A stretch of 64,000 bases of DNA from positions 62,001 through 126,000 of the forward strand of contig NIVC01001873.1 in assembly GCA_002269645.1 (NCBI GenBank). Reading direction: 5' to 3'. The stretch comes from Macrostomum lignano. Lineage: Eukaryota. A program made the translations under genes and the position numbers. The stretch's first letter is position 1. Each line of letters begins with the position of its first letter. Below, piece by piece: positions 50,945 through 62,208 of this stretch. The notes beneath the pieces are model-generated. The model saw only the letters and a program-made list of their open reading frames with translations, ran no database searches and had not been told where the DNA came from.

Positions 50945-52030
50945 AGGAATGTGAACTGCCGGAAAAGGAGTGTGAAATGTTGATAAAGGAATGTGAAATG
51001 TCGCTAAAGGAGTGTGAAATGTTGATAAAGGAGTGTGAAATGTTGATAAACGAGTGTGAAATGTTGATAAAGGAGTGTGAAATGTTGATAAAGGAGTGTG
51101 AAATGTTGATAAAGGAGTGTGAAATGTTGATAAAGGAGTGTGAAATGTTGATAAAGGAATGTGAAATGTCGCTAAAGGAGTGTGAAATGTTGATAAAGGA
51201 GTGTGAAATGTTGATAAAGGAGTGTGAAATGTTGATAAAGGAGTGTGAAATGTTGATAAACGAGTGTGAAATGTTGATAAAGGAGTGTGAAATGTTGATA
51301 AAGGAGTGTGAAATGTTGATAAAGGAATGTGAAATGTTGATAAAGGAGTGTGAAATGTTGATAAAGGAATGTGAAATGTCGCTAAAGGAGTGTGAAATGT
51401 TGATAAAGGAGTGTGAAATGTTGATAAAGGAGTGTGAAATGTTGATAAAGGAGTGTGAAATGTTGATAAACGAGTGTGAAATGTTGATAAAGGAGTGTGA
51501 AATGTTGATAAAGGAGTGTGAAATGTTGATAAAGGAATGTGAAATGTTGATAAAGGAGTGTGAAATGTTGATAAAGGAATGTGAAATGTCGCTAAAGGAG
51601 TGTGAAATGTTGATAAAGGAGTGTGAAATGTTGATAAAGGAGTGTGAAATGTTGATAAAGGAATGTGAAATGTCGCTAAAGGAGTGTGAAATGTTGATAA
51701 AGGAGTGTGAAATGTCGCTAAAGGAGTGTAAAATGTCGATAAAGGAGTGTGAAATGTTGATAAAGGAGTGTGAAATGTTGATAAAGGAATGTGAAATGTC
51801 GCTAAAGGAGTGTGAAATGTTGATAAAGGAGTGTGAAATGTTGATAAACGAGTGTGAAATGTTGATAAAGGAGTGTGAAATGTTGATAAAGGAGTGTGAA
51901 ATGTTGATAAAGGAGTGTGAAATGTTGATAAAGGAGTGTGAAATGTTGATAAAGGAGTGTGAAATGTTGATAAAGGAGTGTGAAATGTTGATAAAGGAGT
52001 GTGAAATGTTGATAAAGGAATGTGAAATGT
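50945..52030. repeat. Intronic minisatellite, 21-bp unit (GAGTGTGAAATGTTGATAAAG)
   Basis: About 50 copies. Confidence 0.97.
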
Positions 52031-52121
52031 AGGTTAATAAATGTGAGAGGTTGGTGAGAAATGTGAAATGCCAGTACAGGTGAAGTGTCATAAAGTAGAA
52101 ACCGAAGCCCCCAGGCCTCAC

Positions 52122-52935
52122 CAATAAGCGGTCCGTCGGACCGTCGACCAGCAGAAGTCGACTCTGTCGAATTCTCCGACGCTGTCGCTCCGCCGCTTTT
52201 ATCGTCGGCCTGTTCAACCAAGTCGCCGTACTCGGCCAGGAAGTTCTTCTGCATTCGCATCATCTTGGCCATCAGGCGGTCCCGCCGATCCTGAGCCAGC
52301 TTCTGCTGCTGACGCCGACGAACCTCGGCCTCGGCGGCGTCCCTGGCCGCGTCCAGGCCGCCCGAGCCGCCACCGCCGACTTCTCCAGCCTCGTTGCCGC
52401 CACTTTCGCCGCCTTCGCCCTGACCGGTGCACAGTCGGCGAAGCCTCGCCAAAGTATAGCCGTGCAGCTGCCTGACTGAGTCCATCGCCAGGCGCGATTT
52501 CGGCACCGACTCCATCGCCGACATCAAGCTGGCCTCGCCGATGCCAGACAGCACGCAGTCGAGAAATCGTCGATCGCCCCGACGTTGGTCTTCGTCAAGG
52601 CCTACTAGCATCAGGTAGAGGACTCGTTCCAGCTGCACCTCCGACCAATGCCGCTTCGAGCTGGCGCCGGCGTCCTTGGTTGCCTGGACAACGGCACGCA
52701 TCAGGCCGAGCATGACGTCGCAGTGCAGCAATTCAACAATCGGCTGGTAGGCTGCGGCAAAGGCCGGCAGCTGCGGCGGCCGAACAATTGGCAGGTCGGC
52801 GGCTGGCGTAGCTGCCCGCCGTTTGGTCATGCTGTGCAGCGCCTTGGAGGTGGCCGACTTGGCCAGGCGCGGGTAGAACGGATTGAACCGGCTGTAGTGC
52901 TGCTCGCGCAGGTGGAACTCGCCTTTGTTTTGGCC
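52122..52935 (-). CDS. UBR1: UBR1/UBR2 E3 ligase exon (includes basic-rich region)
   Basis: GEFHLR...YSRFNPFY...LLHCDVML...WSEVQLERVLYL...QDRRDRLMAKMMRMQKNF; splice sites TGTCAG|GGC and G|GTGAGG. Confidence 0.92.
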
Positions 52936-53009
52936 CTGACAGTGCAGGTTAGAAATAATGTACATTCATTTTGTGTGTTAACTAGCAGGCCATCACTGCC
53001 CAAATCTTC

Positions 53010-53395
53010 GGTACTTCAGCGGGTACCCCTCAGGTATTTCAGCGGGTACCCGTCAGGTATTTCAGCGGGTACCCCTCAGGTATTTCAGCGGGTACCCCTC
53101 AGGTATTTAAGCGTGTACCTTCAGTTACTTCAGCGGGTACCCTCAGATACTTCAGCCGGTACCCTCAGATACTTCAGCGGGTACCCCTCAGGTATTTCAG
53201 CGGGTACCCCTCAGGTGTTTAAGCGGTTACCCCTCTGGTATTTACTGTAAGCCGGTGCCCTCAGATACTTCAGCCGGTACCCTCAGATACTTCAGCCGGT
53301 ACCCTCAGATACTTCACCGGTACCCTCAGATACTTCAGCCGGTACCCTCAGATACTTCAGCCGGTACCCTCAAGCACTTCAGCCGGTGCCCTCAG
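53010..53395. repeat. Intronic minisatellite, 22-23-bp unit (CAGCGGGTACCCCTCAGGTATTT)
   Basis: Visible tandem array. Confidence 0.92.
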
Positions 53396-53505
53396 ACACT
53401 GATTACGAAAAAGCCCACACTTTTAGCGAGTCAAAGGTTGACACTCAGTTACCTTAACTCGCTACTGACAGTAGCAACTACGGAAAGCATAAAACCCAGA
53501 CGCAC

Positions 53506-54166
53506 CTGGACCCCCCGGAACTCGGCCAGCTTGTCAATAACTCCGTCCAATTTAGCAAAGCACTCCAGCTGCCTATCAGCCGCTGGCAATTTCCGCACTA
53601 AATCGTTAGCCAATCGCAGCAGTTTAGAATGCGACTGCGGCTCCGCAACCAGATGCTGCAACAAATCTTCTTCAACCATTTCCATAAAGGCTACAGACTG
53701 GCCAACGCCCGGCACTCTACGTTCGCACACCACATTGATGAGGCAGCGCAGCATCTCTTCAACAATAGACCGTTCGGCCTCATTGTCGTAGCGCTCGGCG
53801 GCAGATTCACTAGAACTCGCAGCTCCCAGAGTCCAGCGTTGCAATTCGAAAGCGTCCAGCAGGCGCAGTATGAACTGGTCTGGCGGCACCGTGGCAGCGG
53901 CCAGTTGCACCAGGTGCAGGTCTCTGAGGGACATGCCGACGGCGGCTGACTGGTGGCTGCTGTACTGCAGGTTCACATTCATCAGGGCCAAGCCGTTGCG
54001 TTTCCACAGGCCGGCGGCGATCTGGGCTGACCAAGCCAGCTGCCTGGCGGATGTCAGCCAGGCGATCTCGAAGCCCGGCCGGTTGGCCAGCAGCTCCAGC
54101 TGACGGCGGCACTGCGGCGAAGCCTCGTGATTGGCCATGGTGCAGGCCAGCAGTGAGTCCAGGAAT
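53506..54166 (-). CDS. UBR1: UBR1/UBR2 E3 ligase exon
   Basis: AQIAAGLWKRNGLALM...MSLRDLHLVQLAA...IVEEMLRCLINVVCER matches UBR1/2 (W.RNG motif); in-phase splice sites. Confidence 0.92.
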
Positions 54167-54194
54167 CTGAGTAGGGGTGATGGAGAAACTTGTG

Positions 54195-54600
54195 GCAGTG
54201 AGATTCTGAGATGGGAGATTTCCAACAGTTTTTGAGCAGTGAGATTCTGAGATTGGAGATTTCCAACAGTTTTTGAGCAGTGAGATTCTGAGATGGGAGA
54301 TTTCTAACAGTTTTTGAGCAGTGAGATTCTGAGATGGGAGATTTCCAACAGTTTTTGAGCAGTGAGATTCTGAGATGGGAGATTTCCAACAGTTTTTGAG
54401 CAGTGAGATTCTGAGATGGGAGATTTCTAACAGTTTTTGAGCAGTGAGATTCTGAGATGGGAGATTTCCAACAGTTTTTGAGCAGTGAGATTCTGAGATG
54501 GGAGATTTCTAACAGTTTTTGAGCAGTGAGATTCTGAGATATCAGATTTCCAACAGTTTTTGAGCAGTGAGATTCTGAGCTGGGACACTTCAAACAGTGA
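54195..54600. repeat. Intronic minisatellite, 41-bp unit (GAGCAGTGAGATTCTGAGATGGGAGATTTCCAACAGTTTTT)
   Basis: About 10 copies. Confidence 0.95.
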
Positions 54601-54684
54601 GATTTTAAAGTTTGAGACTTTGATTAAATAGAGATAAAGAATATCGAAAGTGATATTTCAAACAAAGACTACAAAGAGTCTCAC

Positions 54685-55286
54685 CTGACCAGCGGTTGAA
54701 AGTGCGAAATGAACACCCGGCCGGACATCAGAGGAGCCAGCGCTCTCCCGGACAGCACGTGTCCGGCCAGACGGACTCTCTGTCCGGAATCGGCCAAGAA
54801 ATTGGCACTGAGAGGCGGTTTCTGTTCAATAGCGTCAAGCACCTTGTCCAGTATAGTTGAGAACACGTTTTCATCTCTAGACAGGAACTCAGCCAGCAGG
54901 TGGTTCTGGTACATTGAGGACAGGAAGAAGATAAACGGCATCTCCCATTCGAAGTCGAAGCCGATGTGGCCAACAATGTAGCGCCTGGCGCAGCAGGTGT
55001 CCTGGAACAGGCTGTACACCTGCAGGAAGCTTGGCAGAGCCTCGTTAATTGCCGCGAAAAAGTTCGGCTCCAGTTGTTCGAAGTCGTTATGCAGCAGGTA
55101 TTCGATATCGCGCACCAGGTGCAAGCTGCGATTCCAGCGCGAGAACGGCATTCGGTCATCTTCGCTGAACTTCAGTAACTGCCTGCCAGACTCTTGATGC
55201 TGCTGGACCGAGCGTTGCAGCACCGACTTGATGAGAATGTCCACCAGAATCTTCAGGGCCTTCTGCTCCGTGATCAGGTACATCGC
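54685..55286 (-). CDS. UBR1: UBR1/UBR2 E3 ligase exon (most 5' exon in the window; upstream exons not seen here)
   Basis: VRDIEYLL...RRYIVGHIGFDFEWE...RVFISHFQPLVR (cf. UBR H(I/V)ExExEWE and VSxHxPLxR); acceptor ACCGCAG|GCG, donor AG|GTGAGA; seven exons total 4038 nt in frame. Confidence 0.88.
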
Positions 55287-55338
55287 CTGCGGTAATCATG
55301 TTCAGTAATTAACGGTAAAATTAAAACATAGTCCTATT

Positions 55339-55504
55339 TGTACGTGCTTGCGTTTGGGGGGGTGGTTGTTTGCAACGTGCGGCTGCGCCCGTGTGTGTGC
55401 AACACCCAAACCCCACCTCAATCTTCGGCTTATAAAATATATCGATTGTCAGGCCTGAGCGCCAAGTCGGTTTTCTCACAATCTCAAACCTCGCTCGTTT
55501 TACA
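55339..55504 (+). mobile_element. 5' LTR of Gypsy/Ty3 retrotransposon (166 bp)
   Basis: TGTA...TACA termini, TATAAAA at 55431, immediately followed by the PBS; 3' LTR is outside the window, so not confirmed by duplication. Confidence 0.7.
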
Positions 55505-55505
55505 C

Positions 55506-55520
55506 TGGTGGCAGCGATGG
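55506..55520 (+). promoter_or_regulatory. Primer-binding site complementary to the tRNA-Leu 3' end
   Basis: TGGTGGCAGCG(A)TGG vs the reverse complement of tRNA-Leu ...CCCACCGCTGCCACCA. Confidence 0.75.
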
Positions 55521-56208
55521 ACTCAACTCACACAAGTGAAAATAATGCTGCTTTGCTACCGCCGAAATTCTCCGGCCAGTCAAACGTGCACAAATGGCTC
55601 AGTGTCTTCGAAGACTTTGTAGAGGACAAAGGCTGGGACGACGCACAATCTGCTTCGAAGCTGAAGCTCCTGCTGCATGGTAAAGCCCAGATATGCGTTT
55701 GGGATCTGCCGGAGGCTGATAGGAAAAGCTACAAAAAGAGGTGCTACAAAAGCAGCCAGCCAGCATCGCGCCATGGAAGAGTTCCAAGATCGACGGAGAA
55801 ACAGCGCAGAGACCCTGCGAGAGCTTTCGTACTCCTTGAGGCTGCTGTACATGACAGCACGGCCTGATGACTCCTCGGCGCTGCGAGATCGTGAGGTGAA
55901 ATTTCGAATAATTCAGCTGATGACTGCGGACATACGCGACACCCTGCTCAAGGACAGGGACCTGGACTCCTGCACGCTGGAGGAGCTGGTCGAGCGGGCC
56001 ACGAGGCTGGAGCAAATCGCGAGCAAATGCAAACCAGGCAACTCGCCCGCAGTGGCGATGGTTGACGATCGACTGGCACGGCTGGAGCAGCAGCTGGAGA
56101 CCCTGACGGCTGCGGTGACGAGGGGCGGCAGCGCGAGAGGACGCGGTGGCGGCAGGCCGAGAGATCAGCAGCAGCGGTCATCAGGCTGCTTTCGGTGCGG
56201 TAAGGAAG
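55517..56208 (+). pseudogene. gag: Gypsy gag, 5' part (frameshift near 55735; interrupted by LINE)
   Basis: PPKFSG...WLSVFE...W...L.G.A capsid-like motifs; ends in GCFRCGKE at the LINE insertion point. Confidence 0.85.
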
Positions 56209-56697
56209 CACGCGAAGGCGTATTCAGCATGCCAGTGAAGTATGAGACAGACTAGGCCTACGAGCTAAGGTCTGCGATGCTTCACGCCTGCCCCCATCTT
56301 CAGCAGGTCAAGGCTGGTGGGAGGTCTGCACCCTCTATTTGCCTCTGGCAGCCGCAGACTCCCCCACGCTGTCTCGCAAGTCGACCCAGGGGTACTCGTC
56401 CCCGCGTGTGTTCAAGGCAGACCCTAGGGCTGCTGGACAGACTGGGCTCCGGCGCTGGCGACCCTATCCAGTGGCTTCGGCCGAATTTGGGTATGCGGGT
56501 CTGGCTCACCAGCCTGCAGGCCGTGGTACTGCTTAACGTACCCTCTAATGCCTAAGGTGTTTGACCGTGCCGATGGGCTGGAAGGCCGGGGAGTAGTCCG
56601 GTCGCTAGCGGTCCTTTTTTCAAACCGGCTGGCTTGAGGTGTCGGCCAGTCGGGTACTCAACTCGCATAACGAGTAGCCCTCCCCCGCTTTTCAGCT

Positions 56698-58226
56698 ATG
56701 GCCACTAACGCCACCATCTCTAAAGAAACTGACCCGGTCGCCTCTGGCTCACCGGGATCAGCCGCTCCGGTAGCTACCACTGGTAGCACCAACGCCCAAC
56801 CTGGTCCAACCGGGCCAGCTGACGCTGCCGCCGATCACCCTGGCCGCCAGTCTAGCCGACCGCGCACGGCCGAGTCTCGACGACAGCGGAACATCCGCCG
56901 CAACCGTAAGCGGCAGGAGAAGCGGGCTGCTGCTGCGTCTGAGGAGGGCGGGCAAGCCGCGGTGAGGCCTTCGGGAGCCACCGCAGCGGGGAGGCCCTCT
57001 GGGGAGTCCGGTGGCGCGGCTGGGCCGTCAGGAACCGCCGTGTCCTCGGGCTCTCAGGGGGGCAACCCTGCCGGCCTACCGCCTTCCAAAGACAAAGCGG
57101 CCCCGCTCAAGACCTCCGAGTCCTACGCGTCCAAGGTCAAGCAGCCGCTGCAACCCACCGTGATGATCCTCGGCGGGGATTTCGACCTGACGCCCGAGCA
57201 GCTCGACGTCGCGTGGCGTACCATCGACGAGGGCTTGCTCAATCTAACCCTGGAGGGCGTCTTCGTGGACATCGTCAAGTCCACCAAGGCGAACGGGTGC
57301 ATCCTACTGTGGTGCAAATCCGAGGAGAGCACCCAGCTCCTGCGGGATCAGCTGCCCAAGTTCGACTGGCACAGCGACCTGGGCCAGCTGACCTTCGCCT
57401 TGGAGAGCGAGCGGCCGAAGACCATCCGCCATCGGATTTGGGTCCCGGCCGACAGTGCAATCAAGTCCGGGGAGCAGCTGCGGCAGCTCCTGCTCAAGCG
57501 GCACCCGGATCTCGACGCCAGTGGTCTTGTGTACCACAGCACGGTCCGCAAGGGCACGACCGGGGCCACAGTCATCCTCGGCCTGACGGAGGGATGGGCC
57601 AAGCGGCTACCGCACGGCACAAACCTCCACCTTGGTCTCCATCAACTGACCATCCTCCGCTGTGAGGAGGGCAAGGTGGAGACCAAGAAAGACGGGAAGC
57701 GCGCCGCTCCCGGAGCTGGGGCTCATGCCCCGCCGGCCAAGCGGCAGCAGCAACCCGATCCCGAGCCTAACAAGGCTATTCGCGCTGCTGAGTCCGCCTC
57801 GCGCGGACGTAGACCCGCCCGCAGTAGCCGGCGGTCCGGTCTAATCCAGCGCGCACTTGACGAAGCTCAGTCTCTGAGACTTCACCTCGAGCAGACTCGT
57901 GCCGCTCGCAAAAACACTGAAAGCCAGCCGAGGGAACTGGACGACGGCACGGCTCAGCCTTCCAACTGGTGGATTACCACCAGGAGGACGCTGCCGGCCG
58001 AGCTCAGACTCCCGACGGCGGGGCGCAAGGCGAAGGCAGCAGCCGTACCCCAGTCGCTGGGGAGGAGGGCGGTGTAGCGCGGCTAGGTGACTCACCTGCC
58101 GTGGGCGCCGTGTCCGCCTCCGCGGCGGCTGGGGAGGCGGCTGAGCCTGAGCCAATGGAAATTGGCGACTCAACTCTCACCGATGAGGCTGAGAATGAGT
58201 TGCTTTTCTCCTCCCCTGGACAGTAG
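56698..58226 (+). CDS. LINE ORF1 (DUF4780-like central domain), probable frameshift near 57960
   Basis: Low-complexity basic N-terminus; core ...GCILLWCKSEESTQLL...RIWVP...VILGL...LHLGLHQLTI resembles LOA-type ORF1; the acidic C-terminus in the alternative frame stops 2 nt before the ORF2 ATG. Confidence 0.7.
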
Positions 58227-58228
58227 AC

Positions 58229-61200
58229 ATGACTGTCTCCCAGGGCATCCACTGCTTGCAGGTCAACCTGCAGCACAGCATTGCTGCTTCAGTCAACCTC
58301 TTGAAGCACACTGACCAATACGTGCCAGGGATTATCCTTATCCAGGAACCTTGGACGCTTAGGGGCAGCCCCCAACATGTCCCCACCGGCTACCAGTGTT
58401 TAACCGCTGGTACCCGGGAGGGAAACCTGGCACCAAGATCCTGCATCATGGTGTCCAGTTCTATTAACGCATGGCTCAGATCAGACCTGTCCACCAGGGA
58501 CATCTGTGTCATCCAGTCTGAAGACATACTCCCTGGGAGGACTACCCTCATCGCCTCGGTTTACCTACCGGGCGACGGCGAGATGATCCCAGTAGAGCTT
58601 GTCACACTGGTCGAGCTCTGCTCCACCAGAAACTATGAGCTGCTCGTGGCAGGTGACATCAATGCCCACCACACCCACTGGGGCAGTTCTGATATAAACC
58701 AGAGAGGTGAAGACTTCCTGGCTTATATTGCTACTACAACCCTTGAGTTCTGTAACTCGGGTAGTACCCCTACCTTCAATAACGGACGCCGATCGGAGGT
58801 GCTGGATGCCACCCTCGCCACGCCCAGGCTCTTCCGAGCACTAGGGAGTGGCGGGTGCTTCCTGAGGCGTCCCTCTCCGATCACAAGTTCATCTCTTTCA
58901 CGCTGGCCAGCGCCCGTAACGCAGGCCAGCTTTACTGGAAACGGAATGCTAGGAATACCGACTGGACCGCCTTCAGGCTTGCCCTGGAGGAGACCTATCG
59001 TTGCACTAGCACTCCAGTCTCCATCAACACCTGCGAAGAAGCAGATGAATTTGCGGCCGCACTTACGGACTCGCTCACTGCTGCCTTCGAAGCCTCATGC
59101 CCACTAAAGGCATATAAAGGCAAACAGTCGGCCCCATGGTGGAACCCGCAGCTTGGCGACCTCCGTCGCAGAACCAAAAGGCTTCACCGCAGGGCCCAAA
59201 AAACTAAAAACCCGGCCGACCAAACCGCCTACCTGAACTCTATCCACGAGTTCAAGAGGCAGGTTAGGAACGCCAAAACCAACAAGTGGCGCGAATACTG
59301 TGAGGAACTTGAGGGCTCCCGCCCCACCTCCAGAATCGTTAAAGCCCTCACCCTGGACAAAATGTCCAAACTCTCCTCAGTCAAGAGAGCCGACGGCTCG
59401 CTCACTGAGAACCCAGGAGAAACACTGGAAGCGATGCTAACAGCGTTTTTCCCGAACGAGCCAGCTAGGCCCGACCCCCCTGACCACTCAGTGGGCGGTC
59501 ACGTACTGGCTGACTCAATCATCACGGAGGACCGCGTTACTAAAGCTGTCTCCTCCTTCAAACCCTTCAAATCCCCAGGACCGGACGGCGTTGTGCCAGC
59601 CTTCCTGCGGGAGGCGGTGAAATGCACCGGTTTCCTGCGGAACCTTTGCCGGCTTCTGAAAGCTTGCATTGTGCTCGGCTTTGTTCCGAAATCCTGGACC
59701 GAGGCCAAGGTGGTCTTTATCCCCAAGCCTGGCCGACCGGACTACCGGTCCATTAAATCCTTCAGACCAATTAGCCTCACCTCCTCATTGGTGAAGCTGT
59801 TAGAGAGACTGGTGCTCTGGCGCCTCCTCTCTGTGGAACTGAAGAACAAGCCGCTCAGTGAGAACCAGCATGCCTTTCGGGCAGGCAGGTCCACGGAGAG
59901 CGCGCTTCACGTTCTGGTTGACATGCTGGAGAAAGCCGTTCTTGGTAATGGCTACGCTCTCGCTGTCTTCCTCGACATTGTTGGAGCCTTTGATAATGTC
60001 CTCTTTGAGGCTTTTGACAGAGCTCTACGTGCTAGAGGAACCCACTCGCACCTCACCCGGTGGATCATGTATATGATCAGCCACCGTACTGCCACCGCAC
60101 ACCTGTTGGGCCACCAACGGACGGTAACCGTCTGCAAAGGCAGCCCCCAGGGCGGTGTCCTCTCTCCAGTTCTCTGGAACATGGTCATCGATGAGCTCCT
60201 CCAGGACAGCCATCTTGACCCCATCCTCAAGGTCGGTTACGCCGATGATGTCACTGCCGTGGCATCCGGACCGTCACCTGAAACCCTTAGAGATCTTTTG
60301 CAAAACTTCATTCGCTCTGCTGAACGTTGGGCGGACAGGTGCGGCCTCAGGCTCTCCGAGACCAAAACTGTCGCGATCATGTTCACCAGCAGGGTAAACT
60401 GGCGTATTCGCCCACTAAAGCTTTACGGGGTGGAAATTCCATCCTGCAAGCAAACCAAGTGTCTCGGCGTTACGTTGGACCACCGGCTGAGCTGGTCCAC
60501 CCACGTCCAGGCCAAAACCAAAAAAGCCCTCGCGATTCTTGCGCAGCTGCGCAGAGCCGTCGGCACCACCTGGGGCCTCACCCCAAAGCGTCTCTGGTGG
60601 ATCTATACCGCAATGGTCCGACCGGCCGTTACTTACGCCGGCCTGGTCTGGACCAGCGCCTTGCAGATTAAAACCTGCCACGAAGCCCTCAAAAAGGTGC
60701 AGGGACGTGCGTGCCGCATGATCCTGAATGCCCCGCTCTCTGCTCCCTTTGACGGCCTCAACGCCTTTCTCTGCCTCCCGCCTCTGGACATCTTTGCCCG
60801 TCGCGAGGCTGCTAAAACCACCCGCCGGCTCATCGAGGCTGGTGTTAGCTTCAAGCCACAAAGAGCGATGGCGAAGCGCAAGCTCCTGCCGCACTCTGAT
60901 CTGTGCCTTAAAGTTCTGGAGGAGAGTGGGAGTGCGGCTGTCCTTTCGGACGCTGAGCCGCGCTCCCTCAATCTCTACCAACGCTTCAAGGTCACGATCC
61001 CCTCCAGGAGAACGCCAACGACAGCTGGGCCCCTCAGGAGGTTCACTGCTTCACTGACGGATCCTCCAAAGACGGTTTATCCGGCTTTGGAGTCTGTATC
61101 CTTATCAACGGCCGCGTGATTGCTACTCACGCCCAACACACTGGCAGACTCTCCAGCGTCTTCCAGAATGAAGTCCTTGCCATCAGCTCCTGTGCAGCTG

Positions 61201-61931
61201 AGCTCCACTGCAGGGACTTCAAGGACAGAAGAATCTTCTTCCACTCTGACAGCCAGGCCGCTTTACAGGCCCTGTGTCACACCACTACGAACTCCCGAAC
61301 AGTCCGCGACTGTATCGGGCAGCTCAACAAGCTGGCTCGGAGAAACACCGTCCGGCTCACGTGGATTCCAGGACACGCCGGTTTCAAAGGTAACGAGCTC
61401 GCTGACTCCCTCGCTAAGGCGGGCTGTTCCGGCTCGCCCCTTGGCCCCGTGCCCCTGGCCCCCATCCCCGCCACAGTCATTAATCGTCAGATTAACGACT
61501 GGGCGGACATCCTGCACTTGCGCAGATGGGATGGTATCTCCAACTGCCGCCAATCTCGTGCGGCAGTGCCCAATCCGTCCCTCAAGCTGCGGAGAATCCT
61601 TTTGAATCAAAATCGAAAAGATATCCGCGCTCTCACTATGACCTTCACAGGTCACGGTTGCTTTGCCAGGCACTGCTTCCTCCGATGTGTTCGCCGGAGT
61701 GAACTCTGCCCCTTCTGCAGCCTCGAGAATGAAGATGCCAAGCACTTTGTCTGCTACTGCCCGGCCTTCAACCGAGACCGGCTCAACCACCTCGGGCCCA
61801 ACCCGTCCCTGGACGACGTTTGCCGGCCCGAGAACATCCCACGGCTCATCCGGTTCCTCCGGGCCACCAAGCGAGCCTCCGTCTTCCCCACCGAAGACAA
61901 CGCTGTAGACAGGACCGGCAGACCTCCCTGA
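58229..61931 (+). CDS. LINE ORF2: AP endonuclease, reverse transcriptase, RNase H and CCHC finger (two single-base frameshifts, ~58850 and ~61010)
   Basis: QVNLQHS, LIQEPW, GDINAHH..WGS, SDH (APE); KSPGPDG, FRPISL, QHAF, LDIVGAFD, QGGVLSP, YADD (RT); CFTDGS, SDSQAAL, WIPGH..GNELAD (RNase H); CPFC...HFVCYC. Confidence 0.92.
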
Positions 61932-62053
61932 CCGGCCCCGCGCCCTAGCCTATGCGGGTCTTTCAGGGATTAGCGGAATGGGCGACGCTCGCCTCCCCGC
62001 TGCGTCTTCGGACCGCCCTGCAGCTAAGTCAAGTAAGTCAAGCGGTAAGGAAG

Positions 62054-62178
62054 GCCACATCGCCCGCCGGTGCCCTGCTGGCGGATCTCAGGGCCAAGGT
62101 CGCTGCTTCAACTGCTCCGGCTGGGGCCACAGCGCGGCTGTCTGTCCGTCAAAGGCTCGGCCGTCGGGAAACTTCTGA
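62054..62178 (+). pseudogene. gag: Gypsy gag, 3' part (rest of zinc knuckle 1 and knuckle 2)
   Basis: GHIARRC completes CFRCGKE; then CFNCSGWGHSAAVC...PSGNF*. Confidence 0.9.
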
Positions 62179-62208
62179 GGGTTGGCAGCGAAGGGCCAGC
62201 TCCAACCC
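62166..62208 (+). promoter_or_regulatory. Predicted -1 programmed ribosomal frameshift signal (gag-pol)
   Basis: Slippery heptamer G GGA AAC in the gag frame, 6-nt spacer, stem GGGTTGG/CCAACCC; the -1 frame is pol. Confidence 0.8.

Larger units (their letters stand above)
56209..62041 (+). mobile_element. Full-length non-LTR retrotransposon (LOA/R1-group LINE), 5833 bp
   Basis: 12-bp TSD GCGGTAAGGAAG at 56197-56208 and 62042-62053; ORF1 plus APE-RT-RNase H-CCHC ORF2; 3' tail TAAGTCAAGTAAGTCAA. Confidence 0.95.

Noticed and set aside
50907-52217. ECEMLIK / INISHSF repeat ORFs
   Set aside because: Intronic 21-bp satellite between in-phase UBR exons
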